64,000 nucleotides of DNA from Patescibacteria group bacterium (GCA_040384485.1 JAZKJH010000003.1:144979-208978), one strand, 5' to 3'; shown: positions 54,090-63,972, numbered from the stretch's first letter. A program made the numbers and translations. The notes: generated by a model from the sequence alone, not told the origin.

Positions 54090-54848
54090 ATGAAAAAACA
54101 GAAGAAACTCATAGTGGGAAACTGGAAAATGAACCCAGAAAGTTTGGACGACGCCAAGAAAATAGCTAGAGACATAAAGAGAGGGGTGGTGAATATTAAA
54201 AAAACAGATATTGTTCTTTGTCCTCCTTTTGTGTATATCCCAGCTTTGAGCGGTACTCCAAAATCTCCTATGTTTCTAGGTTCTCAGGATTGTCACTCAG
54301 AAGATAGAGGTCCATTTACTGGAGAGGTAAGCATAACTCAGTTGTATGAGTTCGGGGTCCGTTTTGTGATAGTTGGACACAGTGAAAGAAGAAAGATGGG
54401 GGAGAGTGAGGAAGTCATAAACAGAAAAATCCGAGCTGTAGTTATAGGAGGTATGACAGCTATTGTTTGTATTGGAGAGAATGAGAGAGATTCTCATGGA
54501 GACTACTATGAGGTCATAAAGAGTCAGATTCATTCTGCGCTAAAAGATGTTCCCAAAAAAATGCTAAGCAGTTTGGTTATTGCTTATGAACCAGTCTGGG
54601 CTATAGGCGCTAAAGAAGCTATGTCACCAAATGAGCTGCATGAGACTTCTATTTTTATAAAAAAAGTTTTGAGAGATAGTTTTGGGATAGCCAGTGATGG
54701 AATCAGAATTATATATGGAGGAGCTGTAGATAGAGTAAACGCGGACAGACTTATCAAAGATGGGGGAGTGAGTGGTTTTTTGGTTGGACGAGAGAGTTTG
54801 AAACCAAAGGATTTCATGGAGATAGTAAAATTAGCAGATTCTATTTAA
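54090..54848 (+). CDS. tpiA: Triosephosphate isomerase
   Basis: LIVGNWKMN start region, catalytic His/Glu context (VGHSERR, AYEPVWAIG), 252 aa. Confidence 0.9.
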   Translation: MKKQKKLIVGNWKMNPESLDDAKKIARDIKRGVVNIKKTDIVLCPPFVYIPALSGTPKSPMFLGSQDCHSEDRGPFTGEVSITQLYEFGVRFVIVGHSERRKMGESEEVINRKIRAVVIGGMTAIVCIGENERDSHGDYYEVIKSQIHSALKDVPKKMLSSLVIAYEPVWAIGAKEAMSPNELHETSIFIKKVLRDSFGIASDGIRIIYGGAVDRVNADRLIKDGGVSGFLVGRESLKPKDFMEIVKLADSI

Positions 54849-54855
54849 TACCAGG

Positions 54856-56001
54856 ATGATCAAATATATAGATGAACTGAAAAAGGAAGATTTGGCAGGC
54901 AAAAGAGTGCTTCTTCGGCTCGACCTCAATGCACCTATTGTAGACGGGGAGATAAAAGACGTAAGTAGGTTGGAAAGTGTTATTCCTACAGTTGACTTTC
55001 TTCGAATAAACGACGCCAAGGTTATTATAATAGCTCACGCAGAAAACAAAGACGGAGAAAATGAAAGCCTAATACCAATACTGCACCACCTAAACGGATA
55101 TTTTAAAACAGAATTTTGTCCAACCTATTTCACTGGAGAGGCAATAGAAAAGGTTTTGAAGATGGAAGACAAAAGCGTTTTACTTTTTGAGAATGTTAGA
55201 ACAAATCCAGGAGAAAAGGAAAATGATCCGGATTTCGCACATAAGCTATCCCAAATGGCAGATATTTACGTAAACGATGCATTCAGTGTTAGTCACAGAA
55301 AGCACGCTTCGGTTGTTGGGGTTCCACAATATATTCCACACTATGGTGGTTTACATTTGAAGAGTGAGATAGAAAACTTGTCTAAGGCTTTTTCCCCAGA
55401 ACACCCATTTGTTTTCATACTGGGTGGTGCAAAATTTGAAACTAAGATACCTTTGGTGAAAAAGTATTTGAATAAGGCCGACACTATTTTTATAGGAGGT
55501 GCACTAGCAAACGACATTTATAAAGCAAAGGGTTTGGAAGTCGGGGGATCACTAGTGTCTAAAAGTAGTTTCGACGGAGAAGATTTGCTTAGTAGTAATA
55601 AAGTGTTGGTCCCAGTGGATGTTACTGTCGCTGACAAGGAAGGTGTCGTTTCTTTTAAGAAACCAGAGGAAGTAAATAAAAGTGATTGTATTGTTGACGC
55701 TGGACCTGAAACGCTAGAACAGCTAAAAGATGTTTTAAATGATGCGAAAACTATTATTTGGAATGGACCGCTGGGTAATTATGAAAAAGGCTTTTCCGAC
55801 AAAACAGAATCATTGGTAGAAATAATAGCTAGTCTGACTGAGGGAGGGGCATTAAGTGTCGTGGGAGGAGGAGATACAGTAGCTTCCATACAGAAAATGG
55901 ATATTGGTCATAAGTTTAGTTTTGTTTCTACTGGTGGAGGTGCGATGATGGATTACTTAGTCAACGAAACACTCCCTGGTATAGAAGCACTAGAAAAATA
56001 A
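54856..56001 (+). CDS. pgk: Phosphoglycerate kinase
   Basis: RLDLNAP..., GGGA..., C-terminal GGGDT and STGGGA motifs, 381 aa. Confidence 0.9.
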   Translation: MIKYIDELKKEDLAGKRVLLRLDLNAPIVDGEIKDVSRLESVIPTVDFLRINDAKVIIIAHAENKDGENESLIPILHHLNGYFKTEFCPTYFTGEAIEKVLKMEDKSVLLFENVRTNPGEKENDPDFAHKLSQMADIYVNDAFSVSHRKHASVVGVPQYIPHYGGLHLKSEIENLSKAFSPEHPFVFILGGAKFETKIPLVKKYLNKADTIFIGGALANDIYKAKGLEVGGSLVSKSSFDGEDLLSSNKVLVPVDVTVADKEGVVSFKKPEEVNKSDCIVDAGPETLEQLKDVLNDAKTIIWNGPLGNYEKGFSDKTESLVEIIASLTEGGALSVVGGGDTVASIQKMDIGHKFSFVSTGGGAMMDYLVNETLPGIEALEK

Positions 56002-56025
56002 TTCTACTCTGCGTTGACAAATTAG

Positions 56026-56454
56026 TTGAAAACCGTAGATTTATCGACGGAGGGTATTTTGAACATTGTTGATTTGGCAAAAAAAGTTTTAAGGAAAAAA
56101 TCTTGGACGAAAGCAGACCTAGCCAGGGCATGTGGTTTTCAGAACCAGATTCTTCAAGACATACTAGCGAAACCCCTCGAAGTAAAAAATCGTGACATTT
56201 TCTACAAACAAGTTGTTGGGCTAGCTCTTGAGGAAGGCTATGTGGAAGAAGTTTTGGAAGTCATGATTGAGCGAGGGCTAGTAGTGGAGAAATCCAGTGT
56301 GCTCCTGGCGTCAATCATGTTTCCGGATTTGTCAGCAGACGAGCTTCGAAAGATTCGTTTTGCGGAACAGATCTCCATAACAGGTCCGTTGGATGCAAAA
56401 TACATCCGCAATCTTGTTACAACATACAGAAAGGAAAACAAAAAAGCCCAATAG
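56026..56454 (+). CDS. Hypothetical protein (142 aa)
   Basis: ORF ending inside a bidirectional terminator. Confidence 0.4.
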   Translation: MKTVDLSTEGILNIVDLAKKVLRKKSWTKADLARACGFQNQILQDILAKPLEVKNRDIFYKQVVGLALEEGYVEEVLEVMIERGLVVEKSSVLLASIMFPDLSADELRKIRFAEQISITGPLDAKYIRNLVTTYRKENKKAQ

Positions 56455-56470
56455 TTGGGCTTTTTCTTTT
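56440..56470. terminator. Bidirectional terminator
   Basis: aaaaAGCCCAATAGTTGGGCTttttt. Confidence 0.7.
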
Positions 56471-56828
56471 ACAAGTTTTCTTTTATTATTCTGGCGTTGT
56501 TTTCAAAATCTTTTGCATCACCGGGAGTTTCTTTGTTTGGAAAAACCCAGATGTGAGCATGATGAACTTCGTCACCTACTATTTTAGAGAGTATCCATTC
56601 GGTATTGAAAGCTTTTCTTTGTGCTAGAGCTATTTTTTTACAAACTTCAAAGTATTCTTCTGTGTTTGGGGTGTCCCAAACCCAACGATGATGTTCTTTC
56701 GGTATTACTTGAACATGCCCAGGAGATTGAGGATTAATATCAAGAAAAGCTAAAAAATTATCATTTTCGTAGACTTTGTAGCAAGGTATTTCTCCCTTAA
56801 CTATTTTGCAGAATATACATGTTTCCAT
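56469..56828 (-). CDS. HIT-family (histidine triad) hydrolase
   Basis: CIFCKIVKGEIP N-terminus and histidine triad HHAHIWVF. Confidence 0.85.
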   Translation of the reverse strand: METCIFCKIVKGEIPCYKVYENDNFLAFLDINPQSPGHVQVIPKEHHRWVWDTPNTEEYFEVCKKIALAQRKAFNTEWILSKIVGDEVHHAHIWVFPNKETPGDAKDFENNARIIKENL

Positions 56829-56867
56829 CGCTAAATTCTATCATATTTTCTGTGATAGAATAATCAA

Positions 56868-58592
56868 ATGTCAAAATACTCAGCACGAGAAACAATTCCA
56901 GAAAATGTGGGAGAAGCGTTAAAAACCTATCATCCCTTCGTACAATCCCTCCTATACACTCGTGGAGTTGTGGATGCCGAAAATGCCGAAAGATTTCTAA
57001 ATCCTAAGTATAATGAGCATTTGCACGACCCATACTTACTCAAAGGAATGGATAAGGCAATAAAGCGAATACTCAAAGCAATTAAGGATGGAGAAAAAAT
57101 AGGAATATTTAGTGACTACGATGCAGACGGTATTCCTGGAGCAGTGGCACTTCATGATTTTTTTAAAAAGATTGGTTACCAGAATTTTGTAAATTATATT
57201 CCACTTCGTAATGAAGAAGGTTTCGGTCTTAACAATGATGCAATATGTAACCTAGCAGAAGATGGAGTAACTCTGATCATCACCATAGACTGTGGTATTA
57301 CAGACATAGAGCAGGTTGAGTGCGCAAATGAAAAAGGAATAGATGTAATCATTACTGACCACCATCTTCCTATGAAAAAGATTCCCAAGGCATTTGCCAT
57401 AGTAAATCCAAAACAAAAAGACTGCGAGTATCCAGACAAAAACTTGTGTGGGTCTGGAGTTATTTTCAAAGTGATTCAGGCACTTGTTTCAAAAATAAAG
57501 GATGATAAGAATTTTAATTGGAAAGAAGGACAGGAAAAGTGGTTACTTGATATGGTGGGACTAGCTACTATGTCGGACATGGTTCCTCTCATTGGGGAGA
57601 ATAGGGTTTTGTCATACTTCGGCATGAAGGTTTTGCAGAAGTCTCCTCGCGTGGGTTTACAGAAACTTTTTGCAATGCTCAAGATTAATTCACACACAGC
57701 TACCGAAGACGATATTGCTTTTATGATAACTCCGCGTATCAACGCCGCAAGTCGTATGGGAATACCTAGGGACGCGTTTCTTCTGCTTTCTACGGTGGAC
57801 GAAGTCGAAGCGGGGATGCTTGCAGAACACCTGAACAACAAGAATGACGAGCGAAAAGGTGTGGTGGCAAGTATGATAAAGGAAGTAAAAAGGAAATTAG
57901 AGTCGAGAAACGACCCAATGAAAAAAGTTTTAGTTTTCGGCAACCCAGAGTGGAAACCAAGTTTGCTGGGCCTTGTGGCTAACAGTTTTTCTGATGAGCA
58001 CGAAAGACCAACTTTTTTCTGGGGAAGAAATGGAGAGAGCGACGGAGTAATAAAAGGTTCTTGTCGTGCGGGAGGAAACACTAATATTGTGAAGCTTATG
58101 GAAAAAGTGAAAGATGTTTTTGTAGACTATGGTGGACATAAAGGAGCCGGGGGATTTTCATTATTGCAAGAGCATGTTCATACACTAGAAGATAGACTGA
58201 ACGAAGCCTATCTTGAGCTAATGGAAACAGAAGGTTTAGAAGAAGATATAATGGTCGACAAGAAACTTTCACTGGATGATGTATCTTGGGAAACGTGGGG
58301 TCATATAGAAAAGTTTGCACCTTTTGGGCTAGAAAATCCAAAACCTACTTTTATTTTTGAGAACATCCAAATAGACGCTGTAAAGTTGTTTGGTAAGGAA
58401 AAGAACCATCTGGAACTAAAATTTAAGAATGGAAAAGGAAAAGACGTAACAGCAATGGCCTTTTTCTCAAATCTAGATTCCTACGGAACCAAGCTCGAGA
58501 GGGTAAGCACAATAAACCTAGTAGCAACAATGGAAAAGTCAGTATTTCGTAACTTTCCAGAACTTCGCCTGCGAATAGTCGATATATTTTAA
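56868..58592 (+). CDS. recJ: Single-stranded-DNA-specific exonuclease RecJ
   Basis: DHH motifs (DYDADGI, IITDHH), DHHA1 domain GGHKGAGG, C-terminal OB region, 574 aa. Confidence 0.85.
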   Translation: MSKYSARETIPENVGEALKTYHPFVQSLLYTRGVVDAENAERFLNPKYNEHLHDPYLLKGMDKAIKRILKAIKDGEKIGIFSDYDADGIPGAVALHDFFKKIGYQNFVNYIPLRNEEGFGLNNDAICNLAEDGVTLIITIDCGITDIEQVECANEKGIDVIITDHHLPMKKIPKAFAIVNPKQKDCEYPDKNLCGSGVIFKVIQALVSKIKDDKNFNWKEGQEKWLLDMVGLATMSDMVPLIGENRVLSYFGMKVLQKSPRVGLQKLFAMLKINSHTATEDDIAFMITPRINAASRMGIPRDAFLLLSTVDEVEAGMLAEHLNNKNDERKGVVASMIKEVKRKLESRNDPMKKVLVFGNPEWKPSLLGLVANSFSDEHERPTFFWGRNGESDGVIKGSCRAGGNTNIVKLMEKVKDVFVDYGGHKGAGGFSLLQEHVHTLEDRLNEAYLELMETEGLEEDIMVDKKLSLDDVSWETWGHIEKFAPFGLENPKPTFIFENIQIDAVKLFGKEKNHLELKFKNGKGKDVTAMAFFSNLDSYGTKLERVSTINLVATMEKSVFRNFPELRLRIVDIF

Positions 58593-58622
58593 AAATACAT
58601 AGGTCTCACCTATGTATTTTTA
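58593..58622 (+). terminator. recJ terminator
   Basis: TACATAGGTCTCACCTATGTA followed by ttttt. Confidence 0.7.
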
Positions 58623-58705
58623 AAATATGGTGTAATGAGTGGAGTAAAAAATGGCCTTATAAGGCTATTTTTTATATACAGACACCACATTTTCAGCTTA
58701 AATGC

Positions 58706-58734
58706 TTGACAAATATATTTAAATATGTTAAGAT
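58706..58734 (+). promoter_or_regulatory. Sigma70-like promoter (TTGACA, 17 nt, TAAGAT) for the sRNA candidate
   Basis: TTGACA at 58706-58711, TAAGAT at 58729-58734. Confidence 0.45.
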
Positions 58735-58744
58735 TATAAAAGAA

Positions 58745-58975
58745 TTAACAAATGACCTGATGGGAAAGAACAGGGCTCAATCTTTCCTTGGATAACGCGG
58801 ACTGCCAGCATAATGGCTAAAAGTCCCCAAACACCGCCGCGATGAGGAACATCCTATGAAGCGTAGATGATTAAGTCGTCGGACTTGGAAGAGTTCGGCG
58901 CATAGGTAGGCTAAGGGGATTAGCCGCAAACCAACCCCACAACTTCCCGGCATCTCACAAGGATGCCGATTTTTT
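58745..58975 (+). ncRNA. Candidate structured small RNA (~230 nt, GC-rich) of unknown class with its own promoter and intrinsic terminator
   Basis: No ORF longer than a few codons. Long-range complementary segments (GGCTAAAAGTCCCC with GGGGATTAGCC; CCGCC with GGCGC; AGGAacaTCCT). Terminator CGGCATCTCACAAGGATGCCG followed by TTTTTT at 58946-58975. Confidence 0.45.
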
Positions 58976-59192
58976 ATATAAGAACTATATTTTAGGCCAT
59001 ATTCCCAGCCATCATGCCTGTTTTTCTTTACCTTGACATAGGGAAAATTAAGTGCTAATATTTAGCATAACTACCTTATATTTCCTCTTCTAAAGTTTTT
59101 TACGTTTCGTAAAGGATTTTGGAAGGGGAAATTTTGTTCCCCGAGTTCTTTACATGGCCTTAAAAAAGAGGCCCTTAACAGAGGGAGAGTGG

Positions 59193-61040
59193 ATGAAAAA
59201 GTTGAGTGAGTTGAAGGAAACAATGATGACGTTGTTTCTGGCCACGAAGTATTCTTTGGCATTTTGCTGGAGGAACAGTCGCGGCGCCACAATGTTTCGG
59301 ATAGTGATCGCAGTTTGCACAACACTACTGATGTATCTTGGAATCCAGTCAAACGGGTTCATGATCAACAGCGTTCAAAACTCCATTGGAAAGTTCAGCC
59401 CCACGGACAGCTTTTATAAAGTGTTCGTGGAGGGGGGTATTTTATACCCAGTTCTTTTCATTAGTGGAGTGATCTTGTTTGGGATGTTCTTGAGCAGGTT
59501 CAACTGGTATTACAGAAGTAAGTGGAACCAGACTCTGCGTTTCGCAAACCAGCGAGAATTGAACAACCACCGAGCAACTCTAGATATTGCACGATTCAAA
59601 AGTAAGGAGTACGACGATTTGTCCAAACGAATCCAAGAACTCCCTACATCGTGGCAAACGAGAATTTGGTTTTCTGATGAGATGCTAAGTCTCTTCACAA
59701 CTTCAGTTTCGTTTGTTTTGTTCGGGGCGTCACTTTTGTGGTACAAACCCGTTTACGCACTCATCCTGGTGGTGACTTCGTTGCCGATGATGTTCACAGA
59801 GTTTCGACTCGGAGCATTGTGGTGGGGTCTGTTTGAAAAAATGGTCCCTCACAACAAAAAGCGCTCTGTCTTGGAACGACCGTATCATGGGCCCACAGCA
59901 TTTGCCCAAGCATTGATGTGGAATCAGATGTCGCCACTTCGTCGAAAGATTGATATCAATATCGGCGAGGTGGTGAATGAGTACGACAGCATCAGGTCTA
60001 CAGTCCTTAAAAAGGAGATTGTCACAAACTTCTTTGCTATTGCTGGCCTTTGCGGGATTCTGGTGAACGAGATTTTGTTTACCGTTACTCACGCGGGGCA
60101 GATCGGAACCTTCACGGTTATCTTTGCTGCAGCCAAGACATTTCAGGGTAACCTGGAGTCGATTGTCACAGTTATTGCTAACCAGTGGAATAATGCCAAA
60201 GGAGTCATTCTCATCGAGAAGGATTTCCTGGGGCTAAAACCGCTTGTCCAGACTGAATACCCAGTGGTGCCAAGTTTCGAAAACACGCCGAGGATTCGGT
60301 TCGAAGACGTCAAGTTCATTTACCCAGAGAGTGAGAACGAAGTACTCAGGGGAGTGAACTTTGTTATCGAGCCCGGTAGTAAAACGGTGATTCTCGGGAA
60401 AAGTGGTAATGGCAAATCAACCCTTCTTCATCTTTTGATGCGACAGTACGACCCCACCTCAGGCAACATCTTTGTAGGCGAAACAAACCTACGAAGCATT
60501 GAGCCCAATGTTTGGTCAAATGTGGTTTCTGCACTTATGCAGGAGTACACAGTGCTGGAACGCAAAATTGGGGAGGAGATAGCTTCTTCTCGACTGGATG
60601 AACCGGTTGATATGGATAGGGTAGCCGAGTCCGCTCGGTTCGCACACTTCGATGGAGTTGTGAGTTCGGATCCGGATGGATACGAGTCTCAGATCGGCGT
60701 TGATTTTGGTGGCAGGGATTTCTCGGGTGGTGAACGTCAACGCCTCGCGTTGGCTCGAGTTCATTATCGAGGGACACCTATCCTTATTCTGGATGAGCCA
60801 GATTCCAAGCTCGATGCCGAGTCAGCTCAGAAGGTTATCGACCAAGTCTTCGCACTTTCCGGAGTGACGGTCATCATGATCACACATCATGTTTCTCGCG
60901 CAGAGAGATGTGACAAAGTCATTGTGATGGGCGAAGGTCGAGTAGTCGAAGAGGGAACTCCCTCTGAACTTCTGGCTAAAGGCGAAATCTATGCCTCAAT
61001 GCTCCAAAAAGACAGAGAGCGCGCAGGTCTTAAGTCATAG
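59193..61040 (+). CDS. ABC transporter, fused permease/ATPase (exporter)
   Basis: TM domain followed by Walker A GKSGNGKST, signature FSGGERQRLALAR, Walker B ILILDEPDS. Start is chosen at the Met preceded by GAGGGAGAG; the longer ORF starts at 59154. Confidence 0.8.
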   Translation: MKKLSELKETMMTLFLATKYSLAFCWRNSRGATMFRIVIAVCTTLLMYLGIQSNGFMINSVQNSIGKFSPTDSFYKVFVEGGILYPVLFISGVILFGMFLSRFNWYYRSKWNQTLRFANQRELNNHRATLDIARFKSKEYDDLSKRIQELPTSWQTRIWFSDEMLSLFTTSVSFVLFGASLLWYKPVYALILVVTSLPMMFTEFRLGALWWGLFEKMVPHNKKRSVLERPYHGPTAFAQALMWNQMSPLRRKIDINIGEVVNEYDSIRSTVLKKEIVTNFFAIAGLCGILVNEILFTVTHAGQIGTFTVIFAAAKTFQGNLESIVTVIANQWNNAKGVILIEKDFLGLKPLVQTEYPVVPSFENTPRIRFEDVKFIYPESENEVLRGVNFVIEPGSKTVILGKSGNGKSTLLHLLMRQYDPTSGNIFVGETNLRSIEPNVWSNVVSALMQEYTVLERKIGEEIASSRLDEPVDMDRVAESARFAHFDGVVSSDPDGYESQIGVDFGGRDFSGGERQRLALARVHYRGTPILILDEPDSKLDAESAQKVIDQVFALSGVTVIMITHHVSRAERCDKVIVMGEGRVVEEGTPSELLAKGEIYASMLQKDRERAGLKS

Positions 61041-61051
61041 TTAGTCATTTA

Positions 61052-61097
61052 CACGCACCGCGTGCCCAAACTTTGGGCACGCGGTGATTTTTTTTAA
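61052..61097 (+). terminator. Long-stem terminator
   Basis: CACGCACCGCGTGCCCAAACTTTGGGCACGCGGTG followed by a T run. Confidence 0.7.
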
Positions 61098-61115
61098 TTT
61101 TGATATAATACTTTC

Positions 61116-61787
61116 ATGATTATTTTTACTGACGGTTCGTCTAGGGGCAACCCTGGAAGAGGGGGGTGGGGAGCTATTATTTTTGGGAATGACAATGTAA
61201 CAGAGCTTGGTGGTAACGAGTCTAACACTACCAACAATAGAATGGAGCTAATGGCTGTTATTTCTGCACTTGAGTTTGCAAAAGAAAAAGAAATTGTGGT
61301 TTACACCGACTCAGCTTACATAGTTTCTGGTATTACTCGATGGATTGCTGGATGGAAAAGAAATAACTGGAAGACTAGTACAAAAGATGACGTGTTGAAT
61401 CGTGATTTGTGGGAGAGGTTGGACAACGCAACTGCAAAAAGAATTATTGATTGGAGACTAGTAAAAGGTCATAGTGGTAACCCAGGCAACGAGAGGTGTG
61501 ATGTTATCGCAACTACTTTTGCAGATAACGATCCAACATCCTTATATAATGGACCAAAAGAAAACTACAATATTAACCCGAGCGTGGATAACAGTTTGTC
61601 GACAACCCAGAAACCAAAAAACAAAGGTAAGGGATATTCTTATGTGAGTTCAGTTGATGGAGTAATTCAAGTTCACAGAACTTGGGAAGAGTGTAAAAAA
61701 AGAGTGAACGGTACAAGTGGTGCAAAGTTTAAAAAATCTTTTTCTCCAGAAAACGAAGAAGAAATAATAAACGAGTTTACAAGGTAA
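61116..61787 (+). CDS. rnhA: Ribonuclease HI with a C-terminal RNase H1-type hybrid-binding (Cauli_VI-like) domain
   Basis: Catalytic core (TDGSSRGNPG..., MELMA, YTDSAY, HSGNPGNERCD). The C-terminal ~50 aa, GKGYSYVSSVDGVIQVHRTWEECKKRVNGTSGAKFKKSF, matches the HBD consensus (Y.V..G...GIY..W.EC...V.G..GA.YKKF). Confidence 0.8.
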   Translation: MIIFTDGSSRGNPGRGGWGAIIFGNDNVTELGGNESNTTNNRMELMAVISALEFAKEKEIVVYTDSAYIVSGITRWIAGWKRNNWKTSTKDDVLNRDLWERLDNATAKRIIDWRLVKGHSGNPGNERCDVIATTFADNDPTSLYNGPKENYNINPSVDNSLSTTQKPKNKGKGYSYVSSVDGVIQVHRTWEECKKRVNGTSGAKFKKSFSPENEEEIINEFTR

Positions 61788-61869
61788 ATATACGAATGGG
61801 TAAGATACTAAAACCTACGAATGACTACGAATGAATACAGAACTAGGGAAAATTTATTAAATATCTGCC

Positions 61870-63342
61870 ATGGTGGTTTCATTATTTAGTGGATTTATTC
61901 TCGGGTTGTTTGTAGGGTCATTGACTACCTACTTAATTACCTTATGCTCAGTATTCTTTTTTCTATTTTTAATTTTCTTTTTTTACAAAAACTTTCTTCA
62001 AGAATCTCAGAAGAAAGTTTTTTTGTATATTGCAATATGTTTGTTAGGAATATCACTTGGTTTGCTTAGAATGAATTTTTCTAATTTGAATCAAGAGTCA
62101 GAACTCGCTTCTTATGTTGGGCAAAAAATTTCTGTGGTCGGAGTAGTTGTTTCAGAACCAGATGTTAGGGAATCTAGTACACGGTATCATGTTCGAATTA
62201 TTGAGGTTTTAGGTCCCAACATAATTCAAAAAATAGATGAAAAAATTTTGGTGAGTGTGCCTACGTATCCAAAGTTCAGTTATGGTGACAAAGTTGAGAT
62301 GGTGGTTACGCTTTCTGAACCAAGTGAAATAGAAAACGACGGACGAGTTTTTGATTATGTAAACTATTTGAGAGTGAGAGGGGTTTGGCTAACGAGTCGT
62401 TTTACAACCATAAAGTTTTTAGAAAGTGGACATGGAAATCCTGTCAAAGAAAAATTGTTTGCAATAAAAAGTTATTTTGTAAGTTCCATAAAAAATACTT
62501 TACCTGAACCAGAATCCAGTTTACTGGGTGGGCTATTGCTTGGCTCAAAGCAAAGTTTGGGTAAAGAACTTTTGGATGATTTTCAAAAAACTGGAGTGTC
62601 GCATATCGTGGTACTTTCTGGTTACAACATCGCACTTGTGGCAAATAGTATAGTTGAAGTTTTTAAATTTTTACCAAAACATTTGTCGTTTGGGTTCGGA
62701 GCGGTGGGAATATTTTTGTTCGCATTGTTGTCTGGTGGAGGAGCTTCTGTCTGGCGTGCGTCGATAATGGTGTTAGTTGCTTTGTTTGCGAAACACTCCA
62801 ACCGAGACTACAACGCGGCCAAGATATTGGGTTTCACAATCTTTGTGATGTTGTTTCCGAACCCGCTTCTCCTTGTGTTCGATCCGTCTTTCCAGCTGTC
62901 TGTGCTTGCCACAATCGGGCTGGTGTTTGTTTCACCAGTGTTATTGCCATATCTCACAAAGGTTCCAGAGAGGTTTGGTTTGCGAGAAATAGTTTCAACA
63001 ACTCTCTCCACACAGGTAACAGTGTTACCGCTACTTCTGTACAGTACCGGATTATTTTCTGTAGTTTCACTCCCTGTAAATATTTTAGTTCTTGTAACAA
63101 TACCGTTCGCTATGCTCTTAGGTTTTGTGACCGGACTCTTTGGACTTGTCTCTTTTTATCTAGCTTTCATTCCAGGAATTTTTACTTATATTTTTTTATG
63201 GTACGAACTAAAAGTTATCGAGGTAGGTGCTGACATTCCTTTTGCAGCAGTTTCACTACCTGCTTTTTCTCCAATTTTTCTTTTTGTTGTCTATGCAATT
63301 ATTTTCCTGTGGTTGTATATTTTGAAAAAGAAAAAACTCTAG
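61870..63342 (+). CDS. comEC: ComEC/Rec2-like DNA-uptake channel protein (DUF4131 plus competence domain; no metallo-beta-lactamase domain)
   Basis: Polytopic; conserved competence-domain stretch LLGGLLLGSKQSLGKELLDDFQKTGVSHIVVLSGYNIALVA; 490 aa. Confidence 0.75.
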   Translation: MVVSLFSGFILGLFVGSLTTYLITLCSVFFFLFLIFFFYKNFLQESQKKVFLYIAICLLGISLGLLRMNFSNLNQESELASYVGQKISVVGVVVSEPDVRESSTRYHVRIIEVLGPNIIQKIDEKILVSVPTYPKFSYGDKVEMVVTLSEPSEIENDGRVFDYVNYLRVRGVWLTSRFTTIKFLESGHGNPVKEKLFAIKSYFVSSIKNTLPEPESSLLGGLLLGSKQSLGKELLDDFQKTGVSHIVVLSGYNIALVANSIVEVFKFLPKHLSFGFGAVGIFLFALLSGGGASVWRASIMVLVALFAKHSNRDYNAAKILGFTIFVMLFPNPLLLVFDPSFQLSVLATIGLVFVSPVLLPYLTKVPERFGLREIVSTTLSTQVTVLPLLLYSTGLFSVVSLPVNILVLVTIPFAMLLGFVTGLFGLVSFYLAFIPGIFTYIFLWYELKVIEVGADIPFAAVSLPAFSPIFLFVVYAIIFLWLYILKKKKL

Positions 63343-63359
63343 CGGTGCTAGAGTTTTTA
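63331..63359 (+). terminator. Terminator after the ComEC-like gene
   Basis: CTCTAGCGGTGCTAGAG followed by TTTTT. Confidence 0.6.
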
Positions 63360-63366
63360 TACTTAA

Positions 63367-63972
63367 CTATATTTTTGAGTTGTTAAAGTTTGCTTCTATT
63401 TTTTTCCAATTCAGATTTGTAAAGAAGTCCTCGATGTATTGTTTCTTTCCACTCGGTTGGTAGTCTGCAACAAAAGAGTGTTCCCACATGTCGAGCGCCA
63501 GAACTAATGTGCAATCTTGCAGCTGTCCCAAATGTTGTTCATCAACCCAGCTCATCAAAAGCCTGTGTTCTTTTCTGTCCAAATAAAGCATCGCCCAACC
63601 AACGCCTCGAGTCATAGCAAGAGCCTTAAATTGTGTCAGCCATGATTCATATGAACCCCACAAGTATGCTATCGATTTTGCTAGCTCGCTCTCAGAGTCC
63701 AATTCATTTGCTCCACCTGATAATGAATCAAAATAAACTTCGTGGTTTCTCATGCCACTGTACTCGAAAGAGAATCTTCGATAAAGCTCGCTTACTACAT
63801 ACGGAGCAAAAGCGTCTTCAGTTGCATAGCCATTATATTCCGGAATTTTTTCTAAAACAGAGTTAGCATTTTTTACATATCCAGCATAAAGTTTCAAATG
63901 TTCCTCAATGTTTTTTGCGCTTATTCCTTTTAACTCACCAATCTCAAATTTTTTTTCTTCGAATTTCATCAT
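63367..63972 (-). CDS. Fe/Mn-family superoxide dismutase
   Basis: Metal ligands in conserved contexts (HLKLYAGY..., H..., DMWEHSF), 201 aa. Confidence 0.9.
   Translation of the reverse strand: MMKFEEKKFEIGELKGISAKNIEEHLKLYAGYVKNANSVLEKIPEYNGYATEDAFAPYVVSELYRRFSFEYSGMRNHEVYFDSLSGGANELDSESELAKSIAYLWGSYESWLTQFKALAMTRGVGWAMLYLDRKEHRLLMSWVDEQHLGQLQDCTLVLALDMWEHSFVADYQPSGKKQYIEDFFTNLNWKKIEANFNNSKI

Noticed and set aside
61795-61862. Short repeated TACGAATG motif (three copies) between rnhA and comEC
   Set aside because: Only 8 nt long, three loosely spaced copies in an AT-rich spacer; likely chance or slippage, with no associated structure.
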